A DNA stretch of 64,000 bases from Verrucomicrobiota bacterium (GTDB taxonomy: Bacteria > Verrucomicrobiota > Verrucomicrobiia > Limisphaerales > SXTU01): the NCBI GenBank assembly GCA_016235545.1, contig JACRKB010000191.1, positions 1,078 to 65,077 of the forward strand. The letters run 5' to 3'. Made by a program: the position numbers and the translations under genes. Positions 25,535 through 34,673 of the stretch are shown in pieces; positions within the stretch are counted from its first letter, which is position 1; every line of letters starts with the position of its first letter. The notes beneath the pieces were generated by a model, which had not been told where the DNA came from, did no database searches, and worked only from the letters and a program-made list of their open reading frames with translations.

Positions 25535-28500
25535 TCACGCCTGCCGGCGCGCGGCGAAGACGGCGACGCCAATCCACAGCGCGAGGAAGCCACCGAGGAA
25601 AAGCGCGATGGGCTTGAGCCAGCCGCCGGCTTTCAGGTTGCGCGCGGTGAACTCGACGGTCATGGGCTTGTTGACCTCGGTCTGGAGGACTTGGGTGAAG
25701 GCGTGGCGCTGGCCGCGCAAGGGCAGGTTCACCCGCAGCGGCTGCACGGTGGCGACGGTCACTTCCTGCGCCTTCTGGAGCTTCTCCAATTGCTGCTCGG
25801 CGGCTTGCTCGTCGTAGACGAGGACCGGCTGGCCGGCCTGAACCTGCGCGCCCTTGCCCTCGTTGCCCGCCGCGAAGTATCCGTCCACGTTCACGCCTAG
25901 CTTCGTCGCGTTGTCCAAGGTATATGCCTGCTGCGCCTGCACCAAGTTGCTCGCCTGCGAGCGGCGGAGCTGCACTTCGACTTCTTTCAACTGCTTCATG
26001 TCTGCGTCGAAGTCCTTGCCGCCTTGGCCGCCTTGCCCACCGCCTTGGCTTGCGCCACTGCGTTTGTAGTTGAACCACTCGTTGTTCGCCTCGTTCAGTT
26101 TCCCGGACGAAAGCAGGCTGCGCAGGTTGCCCAGCGCGTAGGACCGGCCTGACTCGAAGGTGTCGCGATTCTTCGCCTCCTGTTTGGAATACTCCGCCGC
26201 CGAGTAGTTGACGGTCACCACGGGCGCGCCGCTCACGTCGCGGCCCATCGTGCCGGCGAACTCCGTGTATTCGTAGTCGGGCGGCAGCAGCAGCTCCCAG
26301 CGCGCGTTCTTCAGCGGCACGTCGAACTTCGGCGAGGCGAAGGCCACGCCGCCCTGGCGCTTCGGGAACTTGTCCGCCGCGACGTAGGTGAACTCAATCG
26401 GCAGCGGCGCGTCGCCACCGGACTGCTCCATCGGCAGCAGCAGCTTGCCGCCCTGCTTGGTCGGGCGCACCGGCTGGCCGTTGACGAACGCGCTCCACAC
26501 AATCGCGCCCTTGGGCAACTCCACTTCGAGGAACTGCCGGCCGTTGTTCCTTACCGACAACGACACCTCCGTCATCATCTGCCCGTCGTCGGCCACCACC
26601 GTCGTGAGCCGTGCGCTGTCCACCAGCGCCTGCAGGACCGCCGCCTCGGCGAAGCGCTGCGGCAGCACGCTGGCCTTCCAGCCGGGCCGCAGGTAACGCC
26701 ACGCGAGCACGACCTGCTCGCCCTTCGCACCGCTCGCGTGGCCTGCCGCCCACTCGGGCAGCTCGCGCGCGTCGATGCGCATCATCTCCGTGCTCGCGGC
26801 CTTCTCGGACACTTGCAGCGGCGGCTTGGCGAGGATGGCCACCGCGCCCGTCTCGCGCTCGACGCCCACGGCCTCGACCGCCGGCACGTCCACGAGCGCG
26901 GTGGACTTCGCGGCGCGGGCTTGCTCCCACGTCACCATGAACGTGTGCTGGCCGCGCAGCTTGTTCTGCAACTCCACGCGCCACACCTCGCCCGTCTGGT
27001 CGCGGCGGCGGATGTTCGGGCCGGTGATGTCCACGTTCGTGACCGTCAGCGGAATCTTCAGCCGGAACTCCTTCACCGGCGCGTTGGCGATGTCCAGCCG
27101 CACCAGCGCGCGCCCGCTGACGAGCGTCTCGGACACGCTGATGAGGTTCACGACCTCGGCGCGCACCCACGACTCAAGCTGCTCCGTCGCGACACTCAGC
27201 TTCCAGGCGGCGGCGGGTGTCGGGTCGGGGGAGAGGAACTTGAAGGCCAACGTCGCCTGCTCACTCAGGCCCTTGTAAATCCCCACGGGCGTCGCGGCCG
27301 CGGGAACTTCCGTCAAGCCGTCGAAGCTCGCCGTCTTCACCGAGATGCCCGCCTCGGTGGACACGGAGACGAAGCCGTTGAGCTTGTGGACGCCGAGCGG
27401 ATGCACCGCCGGGACCGCGAAGGTCTTCGGCGCTTCCTTCACCGTCTGCGCGAGGACGACCAGCAGCGAGACTTGACCCTGCGTGCGTTCGCGCAGCGGC
27501 ACTTCGAGCACGCGCACGCCGGCGTCGGTCTTCTCGGTCCAGTTGTTGATGGGCATCAACGCGCTGCCCCGCTGGCGCAACGCGGCGTCCACGTAGGCGA
27601 CCGTTTCAATCCGCCAGCCCACGGGAATCTGCGCGCGCAACTGGAAGATGCCGGCCTTCTTCACCGTGTAGCTCACCTCGGCCACGAGCGTGAGTTGCTC
27701 TGCGCCGAGGCGCAAACGCTGCATCACCACGGCCTCAATCTGCGGCTGGACGGCCTCGGCCTTCACGGTGAGTTGAAACGTGCTGCGCAGGTAGCGGAAC
27801 GCGCTGACGAGGTCGGTGTGGTTGAGCTTGCTCGCCCGGGTGAACTCCGCGAGGTCCACGCGCTGCAAGTCCTCCGCCGTCTCGACGGCCAGGCTCGTCT
27901 CCTCCGCGCCGCGCACGGCGACCAGGCCAGCCTCGCGGCGCACGTCCTGCACGATGGGCACTTCCACCTTCACCGTCGCAGGCAGAGTGGGCAGCGGCTT
28001 CTCGGTTTCGATGGTCAAGCGCCAGTTCGCGCTCACGCCCTTGAGCAAGTCCACGACGAGCGTTTCCGCACCCGCTTCCGTGAGCAGCTCCCACGTGCGG
28101 ATGCCCTCGCCCTCGACGCGCAGGAGCCGTTGCCCGGCGGGCAAACGCACCTTGGCCTGGCGCAACTCTCCTTGCGCAATCTGGTAGTCCACCACGGCGC
28201 GAGTGTTGACGACGCCGCCGCCCACGGTCACGAGCGTCGCGGTCTGCGCGAAGACGGTCGCGTCCATCTCGGCGATGCGTTTCATGCGCGGCGTCCACGC
28301 GAGGTCCACGCGGTCGGTGCTGCCGATGATGGCCTCGACGCGCGTCTGCTTGCCGGCGGACGTGCGCTTGAAGGCGACGGCGCTGGGAAACTCGACATCG
28401 GCGTCCTGCTCGTCAATGAGCGCGGTGAACTGGCTGGCCAGCGCGGGCGGCAGGCCGAAGCCCAGCCGGCGCTTGGTCACATCGCCATCGAGGCGGACGA

Positions 28501-31500
28501 ACAGTTTCAACTCCACCGTGACCGCGCCGCTCTTGGGCAACCACACGCGCGCCGTGCCGCCCTCGCGCACGAGCCTCGCCTCGCCGGTCTTGGCCGTGAA
28601 GCTCTGGATGGCCACGTCCCCGCCGAAGAGCGTGAACGTCTGGTTCGTGCCGGTGGAACTGAGCGCGAGCGTGGCGGTGAACTCGGCGGCCTTCTCGCGG
28701 ATGGTGCCGGTGTAGGCGGCGGATTGCAGGGTGACGGAGGGGGAAGTGATTAGTAAGTAGTGATTAGTGGGGAGTGCTTGGCCGAATGCGCTCGTGGTGA
28801 GGAAGGCGAAGAGGAGCAAGGCGGCAGCGGGAGGCACTGGACCGGAACCGCTGTCCGTCGGTGAAAGCTTCGCTTCAGCCGCCGGTGCCGCTGCGTCCGC
28901 CGCCTGACTAATTACTAAACACTTATCACTAATCACTTCCCGCTTCGGCCAGCAGCGCCAAGCCAGCCATACGAGCAACGCCGCCCCCACGACCGGCACC
29001 GCCCCGATAAGCACCCAATGCAGCGTCCTGGCCGACAGCCCCAGCCACACGACGCCCGCGAGCGCGAGCGCGAGGCCCAGCGCAATGCCGAAGCTGCTGC
29101 GCTCCGCCCGCCGCCACTGGATGAGCGCCCAGAGCAGGCCGCCGAGGAAGAGCGCGAGCTGCCCGGCGGACTGCGCCGCGCGGAACTTGCCCAGCGGCAT
29201 CAGGGACAGCTCGATGCCCAGCGCATCCTTGTTCAGGTTGAGCACCTTGGTGAACGTGAACGCCTGCCCGCTGCGCGGGATGTCAATGCGGATGGACCGC
29301 ATCCCCGCAACTGTCTGCGCGGCTTCGCCAGCAGCGTTCGCGAAACCGAGACCACCGCCCGGCGATCCACCGCCGCTGACTCCACCGGCGGCGAGCATCC
29401 CGAGTTGGAAGGCACCGGAGGTTGAAGCTGGATTCGCGGCAACGCCGTCGCTTGTTGCAAAGTTGACCGAGACGATCCCAGCCGAACCATTCGTTCGCTG
29501 AACTTGGATTGAGTTGACCACGCCGAAGCCTGTTTCTGTCGGCGGGGTGGCGGCGGCTATTGGGTTGCCCATCGGATCCAGCACCGGGGCGGGCATCGCC
29601 GCTGGCGGCGGCGTCATAGGCATTGGCGCGGAAGCAGCCTTCCGTCGCGCATCGGCTGCGCCACGGTAGAGCGCCTCGCCTTCCATTTTTGCTTTGGACT
29701 CGGACTTGGTCATTTCGGAGAGCTTGTCCGCGCGGTCCGACAGGTTGCGCGCGAACCGCTCGTTGGATTCGCGCTGTGGCGTGGCGGCTAAAGCGGACGG
29801 TTTGGCTGCCGGTAGGTTCAGTGCGCTTTCGCTGCGGATCGCCTCTTCAACAGGATTGGCCTGGCCCTTAGTGAGGGCGAGTTCCACTGCTGACTTCGGG
29901 TCATCAGCCGCCAATTCAGCGTAGACTGCTCTCTCCCCACGGCCCTCCCCACGAGTCAAGTTCTCTCCATCACCACCCAAACTATCCATCAACTTGTATC
30001 TACCGTGGAATGACGGCAGAGACATGGCCGCAAGCACAGCGAGGACTGCCACGAGTCCACCGAAGCGCATGAGCGCCTTAACTCCACCGCGTCGGCCCGT
30101 GACGATGGCTCCGTAAATCAACGCGATGATTCCCCCAAAGAAAAGCACGCCGCCGCCTTCGTTCCGCAGAAACACGCGGTAGTAAGCCACAAATGCACGC
30201 CAAGCATCGCCGAGTTCATACGTCGTCCCTCTTGCGATGCTCATGGTGCCGCCGAAGCTGGAGACGCGCTTGGTGGCGGGGACGAAGAGCTGCCATTCGG
30301 CGTAGGTGTTCGGCACGTCGGTGGCCGGCGCGGTGAGGACGACGGCTTGCGGCAGCCACTTGTCCAGTGCCGCGAGCTTCTGCGCATACACGATGTCCAC
30401 CGCGAAGGCCTCGTCGCGGTTCTCGCCGCGCGGCAGCGGGATTTGCAGCCAGTCGCCGTCGCGCTCGGCCTTGCTGGGCTGGTTGTTGACGTAGCAGCCC
30501 CAGAAGTTCGCGCCCGGCGGGAGCTTGAAGCGCTGATGCTGCTTCTCGTTGTTCTTCACCATGAAGCTGGCCTGCGTGAGCATCTCGCCCGCCTCGGTCA
30601 CGACGCTGGTGATTTGCGTGCGGTCGGCCACGGCGTCGAGCACGCGCTCCTCGTCGAAGCGCGCCGCGTCCGCCGTGAGCGCGTAGCCGCCGCCCGTGTA
30701 GCGATACGCCAGCAGCACGGGCCGCGTGATGAGCGCGCGGTCGGTCTCGGCCAGCTCGGTCTGGTCAATGGCCCGCAACGGCTCGGCGGCGGGCTTGGGC
30801 TGGAGTTTCAGGTTCGCGGCGGCGGTGACGGCGAGCGAACCGGTCTCGCGCTCGACGCCATCGCAATGCGCGCCCGCGAGGTCGAGCACGGCCTTCTTCG
30901 GGTCGAACTGGTAGTCGTAGGTGACGACGAGCGTGTAGCCGCCCCAGGCTTTGTCCTGGAGGGAGATGGTCCACACGTTCGTCGCCTGCTCCTTGCGCCG
31001 GATGTTCGGCCCGGTGAACTCGACGTTCTTCCAATGCGCAGGGAGCCGGACTTTGAACTCCTGCACGCCCTGATTCAGGATGCCGAAGCGAATGGTCGCG
31101 CTGCCGCCCACGAGGCCGTCGCCGACGGTGACGAGGTTGAAGACTTCGGCCACGACGCGCGCAGGCAGCCGCTCGGTGGCGAGGGCGAGCTTCCAGTCCG
31201 GCGCTTCGGCGGCGAAGGCGAGGGCTTCATCCCCAGCCCGCTGTGAGAGTTGCGCGATGGGAATCTCCCGCGCGCTGGTCAGCGTGTCCGTCTTGAGCCG
31301 GATGCCCGCCGCCGAGGCTGCGCCGATGAAGGCGGTCTCCTTCGTTGCGCCCGTGACGCGCACGGCCCCGATGGTGATTTGCGCCGGGAAGGTTTTGTTC
31401 GCCTGCTCCAGCGTGAGGTCGAGGCGATGCACGCCGAGCACGCGCTGGGTGAAGTTGACCTTCAGCTTGCCGGCGGTGGCCTTCCAGTCCTCCACGTTCC

Positions 31501-33397
31501 CGCCGCGCACATCAGTCACGTTGAAGTTCGTCGGGTAAGTCAGCTCCGCCGTGTAGATGCCGGCCTTGAGCACGCTGAGGTTCACCGCGTGGGCCACCAC
31601 GAGCCGCGATTCCTCCAGCCGTGCCGTGACGCGCACCGCCGTTTCCAGCACCGGCTCGATGCGCTTGAGCCGCGTCGCGATGCTGAAGGGCCGGGCATTG
31701 AAGCGCCACGCGAAGAGCGTGCCGGTGCTGGCGTTGACCTGCCGCACGCCGGTCGTGGACTCGACCTCGACCACGGTGTCGTCCGCCGCAAGGGTGAACG
31801 TGCCGGACTCGCGCTCGATGTCGAGCGGCTGCGCGATGGCGAGCGTGGCGACGAGCGGCGTGGACTCGACGGGCTGCTCGGTGGCGAGCGTGAGGGAGTA
31901 AGTTTTTTCCACCGGCTTGGCGAAATCTACGGTGAGCAACTGCCAGCCCGCCGGCAGGCCCGGCGCGGCCTTGGCGGCGGACCAGTCGCGGATGCCGTCG
32001 CCTTGGACGCGCGTGAGCGTGTGGCCCGGCGGCAGGCCGACGGTGAGCCGCGACACGCTGGCCTGGAGCAGCTCGTAGCGGAGCTGCGTGGTGAACTTGA
32101 TGACGGTGGGCGAGACCACCGCGCTGGCTGCGGTGTCCACCGTGATGAGGGACTTGCGCGCAATCTCCGTGGTCTTGCTCTGCCAGCGCAGCGCCACGAC
32201 GCGGTCGGCGCCGACGATGCCGGCAATGGAGGAACTCGCCTTCGCCGTCTCGCCTTCGAGCAGCGCGCCGTTGAGGAGTTCGAGTTCCACGCCGGTGTTG
32301 CCTTCGACTTTGAGGCTGGCGACCGACGCGGGCGGGCCGTTGAACGCGATTTGGTTCCACGGCTCGGCCTTGGTGATGCGCGCGATGACTTCGAGCTTGA
32401 GCGTGTGGACGCCGGGCTTGGTGCAGTGGAGGGAGTAGTAAGGCCGGTCAACACGCGACTTCGCCGTCGCAGCCCAAGTCGCCATTCGCGAAAGGCGAAT
32501 CCCCGCTGGCAACTCCGGCGCAAAGACCGCCACGTCACCTTGGAAGAGCACCGCGCTGACCTCGTTCGTCGTGAGCGACTCGACCTCGACCGTCGCCGTG
32601 AAGCGCGCCTCGGAGTCCGTGACCTTCCCCTCGTAGCGCACCTCGCGGACGATGAGGTTGGTGTAGGTCGCGGGCGGCGGGAGCGCGGCGACGCCGATGG
32701 TCTTGGGCGGGCTCGAGCCGCGGGAGATGATTTGCAGGCCGTTGAGCACCGCCACGCCACCGGGTCCGGGCGCGACTTCGATGACGACTGGCTTGCCAGC
32801 CTCCACCGGCACGTCGCGGAACACGATGAACTGCCGTCCCTCCTGCCAGCCCAGCGAAGCCTTCCAGCCCGCCGCCGAACCGACCGCCAGCGGCCCGAGC
32901 GCGTTCGTGCCGCTGCGGAGGGTGAACACCGAGTTCTGCTCTGCCGTCGCGTCCGGCTCGGCGTGGCCGTAAAGGTAGAAGTGGTAGCGCCCGGTTTCCA
33001 GCGCGCGGACGGTCACGACGATGTTCGAGCCGTTCTGCGCGAAGAGGAACGAGTCGAACATCGGATCACCGGAGGCATTGCCCCAGACGCCGGGAGCGTT
33101 GGAGACGGCGATGGACACAGCGGAGTCGGACTTGTCAGACAGCTTGAGGTTGGCAGTCGTGTGATTCGGAACCGGCGGCTGGCCGGGCGTGAAGCGCGGG
33201 TTGTAATGCGCGTGCAAGTTCCAGAAGTCATTCGTCGCGAGACCCGTCGCGGCGAAGCCCAGCTTCCCACTCGCCGCGCCGACGCCGAAGTCCACGTTCA
33301 AGAGGACGTGGGCGTGGGCCGGAGAGAGGCGGAGCAGGAATAGGATCAGGATTACGAGCAGGAGAGGGAACGGGCGGGGGGATGAGGGAGTCTTCAT
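25535..33397 (-). CDS. Giant (2,620-aa) polytopic surface protein built from two paralogous modules; family not recognised
   Basis: Uninterrupted frame. Start placed at ATG 33395-33397, giving MKTPSSPRPFPLLLVILILFLLRLSPAHA. Collinear motif pairs between the halves are offset by 3,990-3,993 nt. Several hydrophobic helices are present, including a C-terminal anchor IALFLGGFLALWIGVAVFAARRQA. Confidence 0.8.
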   Translation of the reverse strand: MKTPSSPRPFPLLLVILILFLLRLSPAHAHVLLNVDFGVGAASGKLGFAATGLATNDFWNLHAHYNPRFTPGQPPVPNHTTANLKLSDKSDSAVSIAVSNAPGVWGNASGDPMFDSFLFAQNGSNIVVTVRALETGRYHFYLYGHAEPDATAEQNSVFTLRSGTNALGPLAVGSAAGWKASLGWQEGRQFIVFRDVPVEAGKPVVIEVAPGPGGVAVLNGLQIISRGSSPPKTIGVAALPPPATYTNLIVREVRYEGKVTDSEARFTATVEVESLTTNEVSAVLFQGDVAVFAPELPAGIRLSRMATWAATAKSRVDRPYYSLHCTKPGVHTLKLEVIARITKAEPWNQIAFNGPPASVASLKVEGNTGVELELLNGALLEGETAKASSSIAGIVGADRVVALRWQSKTTEIARKSLITVDTAASAVVSPTVIKFTTQLRYELLQASVSRLTVGLPPGHTLTRVQGDGIRDWSAAKAAPGLPAGWQLLTVDFAKPVEKTYSLTLATEQPVESTPLVATLAIAQPLDIERESGTFTLAADDTVVEVESTTGVRQVNASTGTLFAWRFNARPFSIATRLKRIEPVLETAVRVTARLEESRLVVAHAVNLSVLKAGIYTAELTYPTNFNVTDVRGGNVEDWKATAGKLKVNFTQRVLGVHRLDLTLEQANKTFPAQITIGAVRVTGATKETAFIGAASAAGIRLKTDTLTSAREIPIAQLSQRAGDEALAFAAEAPDWKLALATERLPARVVAEVFNLVTVGDGLVGGSATIRFGILNQGVQEFKVRLPAHWKNVEFTGPNIRRKEQATNVWTISLQDKAWGGYTLVVTYDYQFDPKKAVLDLAGAHCDGVERETGSLAVTAAANLKLQPKPAAEPLRAIDQTELAETDRALITRPVLLAYRYTGGGYALTADAARFDEERVLDAVADRTQITSVVTEAGEMLTQASFMVKNNEKQHQRFKLPPGANFWGCYVNNQPSKAERDGDWLQIPLPRGENRDEAFAVDIVYAQKLAALDKWLPQAVVLTAPATDVPNTYAEWQLFVPATKRVSSFGGTMSIARGTTYELGDAWRAFVAYYRVFLRNEGGGVLFFGGIIALIYGAIVTGRRGGVKALMRFGGLVAVLAVLAAMSLPSFHGRYKLMDSLGGDGENLTRGEGRGERAVYAELAADDPKSAVELALTKGQANPVEEAIRSESALNLPAAKPSALAATPQRESNERFARNLSDRADKLSEMTKSESKAKMEGEALYRGAADARRKAASAPMPMTPPPAAMPAPVLDPMGNPIAAATPPTETGFGVVNSIQVQRTNGSAGIVSVNFATSDGVAANPASTSGAFQLGMLAAGGVSGGGSPGGGLGFANAAGEAAQTVAGMRSIRIDIPRSGQAFTFTKVLNLNKDALGIELSLMPLGKFRAAQSAGQLALFLGGLLWALIQWRRAERSSFGIALGLALALAGVVWLGLSARTLHWVLIGAVPVVGAALLVWLAWRCWPKREVISDKCLVISQAADAAAPAAEAKLSPTDSGSGPVPPAAALLLFAFLTTSAFGQALPTNHYLLITSPSVTLQSAAYTGTIREKAAEFTATLALSSTGTNQTFTLFGGDVAIQSFTAKTGEARLVREGGTARVWLPKSGAVTVELKLFVRLDGDVTKRRLGFGLPPALASQFTALIDEQDADVEFPSAVAFKRTSAGKQTRVEAIIGSTDRVDLAWTPRMKRIAEMDATVFAQTATLVTVGGGVVNTRAVVDYQIAQGELRQAKVRLPAGQRLLRVEGEGIRTWELLTEAGAETLVVDLLKGVSANWRLTIETEKPLPTLPATVKVEVPIVQDVRREAGLVAVRGAEETSLAVETAEDLQRVDLAEFTRASKLNHTDLVSAFRYLRSTFQLTVKAEAVQPQIEAVVMQRLRLGAEQLTLVAEVSYTVKKAGIFQLRAQIPVGWRIETVAYVDAALRQRGSALMPINNWTEKTDAGVRVLEVPLRERTQGQVSLLVVLAQTVKEAPKTFAVPAVHPLGVHKLNGFVSVSTEAGISVKTASFDGLTEVPAAATPVGIYKGLSEQATLAFKFLSPDPTPAAAWKLSVATEQLESWVRAEVVNLISVSETLVSGRALVRLDIANAPVKEFRLKIPLTVTNVDITGPNIRRRDQTGEVWRVELQNKLRGQHTFMVTWEQARAAKSTALVDVPAVEAVGVERETGAVAILAKPPLQVSEKAASTEMMRIDARELPEWAAGHASGAKGEQVVLAWRYLRPGWKASVLPQRFAEAAVLQALVDSARLTTVVADDGQMMTEVSLSVRNNGRQFLEVELPKGAIVWSAFVNGQPVRPTKQGGKLLLPMEQSGGDAPLPIEFTYVAADKFPKRQGGVAFASPKFDVPLKNARWELLLPPDYEYTEFAGTMGRDVSGAPVVTVNYSAAEYSKQEAKNRDTFESGRSYALGNLRSLLSSGKLNEANNEWFNYKRSGASQGGGQGGQGGKDFDADMKQLKEVEVQLRRSQASNLVQAQQAYTLDNATKLGVNVDGYFAAGNEGKGAQVQAGQPVLVYDEQAAEQQLEKLQKAQEVTVATVQPLRVNLPLRGQRHAFTQVLQTEVNKPMTVEFTARNLKAGGWLKPIALFLGGFLALWIGVAVFAARRQA
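28741..28940. repeat. Family-D low-GC inverted repeat (28-nt arms, 24/28) bracketing the module junction of the giant ORF
   Basis: GGGAAGTGATTAGTAAGTAGTGATTAGT (28741-28768) against ACTAAACACTTATCACTAATCACTTCCC (28913-28940). Both arms are translated in frame (NHYLLITSP / EVISDKCLVIS). Confidence 0.8.
33331..33364. repeat. Family-A half-element inside the giant ORF signal-peptide codons
   Basis: GGAGCAGGAATAGGATCAGGATTACGAGCAGGAG is 31/34 identical to the right arm of copy 2 (2157-2190). On the minus strand it encodes LLLVILILFLL. Confidence 0.8.
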
Positions 33398-33611
33398 GAT
33401 GCGAGTCCGGGTTGCGGGAGAGCGTAGCGAGTTCATGCGGGAGAAGTCATCGGGTGAAACACGGACAGTTGGTGCAGTGTTGGCACGGTGAATCATTGGA
33501 CGGGATGGCGGGAAGTTTGCTCCCGTGAAGGGTGCGTCGGAAGCTGCCGCCCAAAGGGATTTCCGCCAAAAGGATTGACTCGTCGCCGCACCGCCGGGAG
33601 CCTCACGCGCC

Positions 33612-34613
33612 ATGAATTGCAAAGGCAATGTCCTCGTCACCGGCGGCGCCGGCATGATCGGCTCAAACCTCGTCGGGCGCCTCGTCCGCGAGGGCTGGCG
33701 TGTCACCGTGGCCGACAACCTCTGGCGCGGGAAGCGCGAGTATCTGCTCGGCGACGACGGACAGCCGGTGATTGACCTCGACGCGCAGTTCTTCGAGGTG
33801 GACTTGGCGGTGCCGGACGCGCTGGAGCCGCACCTGGCAGGCGTGGATTACGTCTTCCACCTCGCCGATGTCGTGGCCGGCGTGGGGTTCGTCTTCGATC
33901 ACCAAGGGTTCACCTTCCGCCAGAACCTGCTGATCAACTCGAACGTCATCCATTCGGCAAAAAAGTTTCCGCTCAAGGGCTTCCTCTACGTGGGCACGGC
34001 GTGCAGCTTCCCGGCGCACCTGCAGACCGGCGTGGAGGCGGCCCCGCTGCGCGAGGCGGACCAGTATCCCGCCGCGCCGGAGTCCGCCTACGGCTGGAGC
34101 AAGCTGATGGGAGAATACGAGACGCTCCTGCTGGGCCGCGAGACTGGCATCCCGGTCGCCGTGCTCGTCTTCCACAACGTCTATGGCCCGCCGTGCGACT
34201 TCACGGCGAAGACCGGCCAGGTCATCCCGTCGCTCATTCGCAAGGCCATCGCGCACCCGGCGGAGCCGTTCGTGGTGTGGGGCAGCGGCAGCCAGGGCCG
34301 AGCATTCGTGCATGTGGACGACATCATTGAGGCGCTGATGCTGGCGATGCAGCGCGGCCTCGGGCAGGGCGTGATCCAGATCGGGCCGGACCGGTGCATC
34401 TCGATCCGCGAGATCGCCGAGACCATTGTGGAAATTTCCGGCAAACCCATCCCCATCGAGTTTGACACCACCAAGCCGGAGGGCGACCGGGGCCGGTGCG
34501 CGGACTTTGCGAAAGCCCGGCAGGTGCTCGGCTGGGAGCCGCGCGTGCCCTTGAGCGCCGGGCTGAAGCAGCTCTACGCGTGGATTGAACAGCGGATGGC
34601 CCGTTCCGCCTGA
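33612..34613 (+). CDS. NAD-dependent sugar epimerase/dehydratase (extended SDR)
   Basis: 333 aa. VLVTGGAGMIGSNLVGRL, and a YxxxK motif in SAYGWSKLMGE. Confidence 0.85.
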   Translation: MNCKGNVLVTGGAGMIGSNLVGRLVREGWRVTVADNLWRGKREYLLGDDGQPVIDLDAQFFEVDLAVPDALEPHLAGVDYVFHLADVVAGVGFVFDHQGFTFRQNLLINSNVIHSAKKFPLKGFLYVGTACSFPAHLQTGVEAAPLREADQYPAAPESAYGWSKLMGEYETLLLGRETGIPVAVLVFHNVYGPPCDFTAKTGQVIPSLIRKAIAHPAEPFVVWGSGSQGRAFVHVDDIIEALMLAMQRGLGQGVIQIGPDRCISIREIAETIVEISGKPIPIEFDTTKPEGDRGRCADFAKARQVLGWEPRVPLSAGLKQLYAWIEQRMARSA

Positions 34614-34673
34614 GCACGACGCGTCCGCGCAAGCGCTCGACGCCGTCCGCACTGCCCGCTAGTCTGCCGCCAG

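Noticed and set aside
24192-26078. 628-aa minus-strand ORF overlapping the propeller gene and the giant-ORF 3' end in another frame
   Set aside because: It overlaps two better-supported genes out of frame, and its translation is Arg/Pro/Gly-rich without motifs.
26738-33343. Long plus-strand ORFs (26738-28753, 30347-31246, 31250-33343) opposite the giant ORF
   Set aside because: They are fragmented and rich in Arg, Gly and Glu. The minus-strand frame is uninterrupted for 7.8 kb, has internally consistent duplicated motifs and has sensible signal and TM segments.
25535-33397. Giant ORF as an RHS/YD toxin, RTX adhesin, autotransporter or Ig/cadherin-repeat adhesin
   Set aside because: I saw no YD repeats, GGxGxD nonapeptides, C-terminal beta-barrel/passenger layout, toxin tip or short regular Ig-like tandem repeats. 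The architecture is instead two large paralogous modules with several TM helices.
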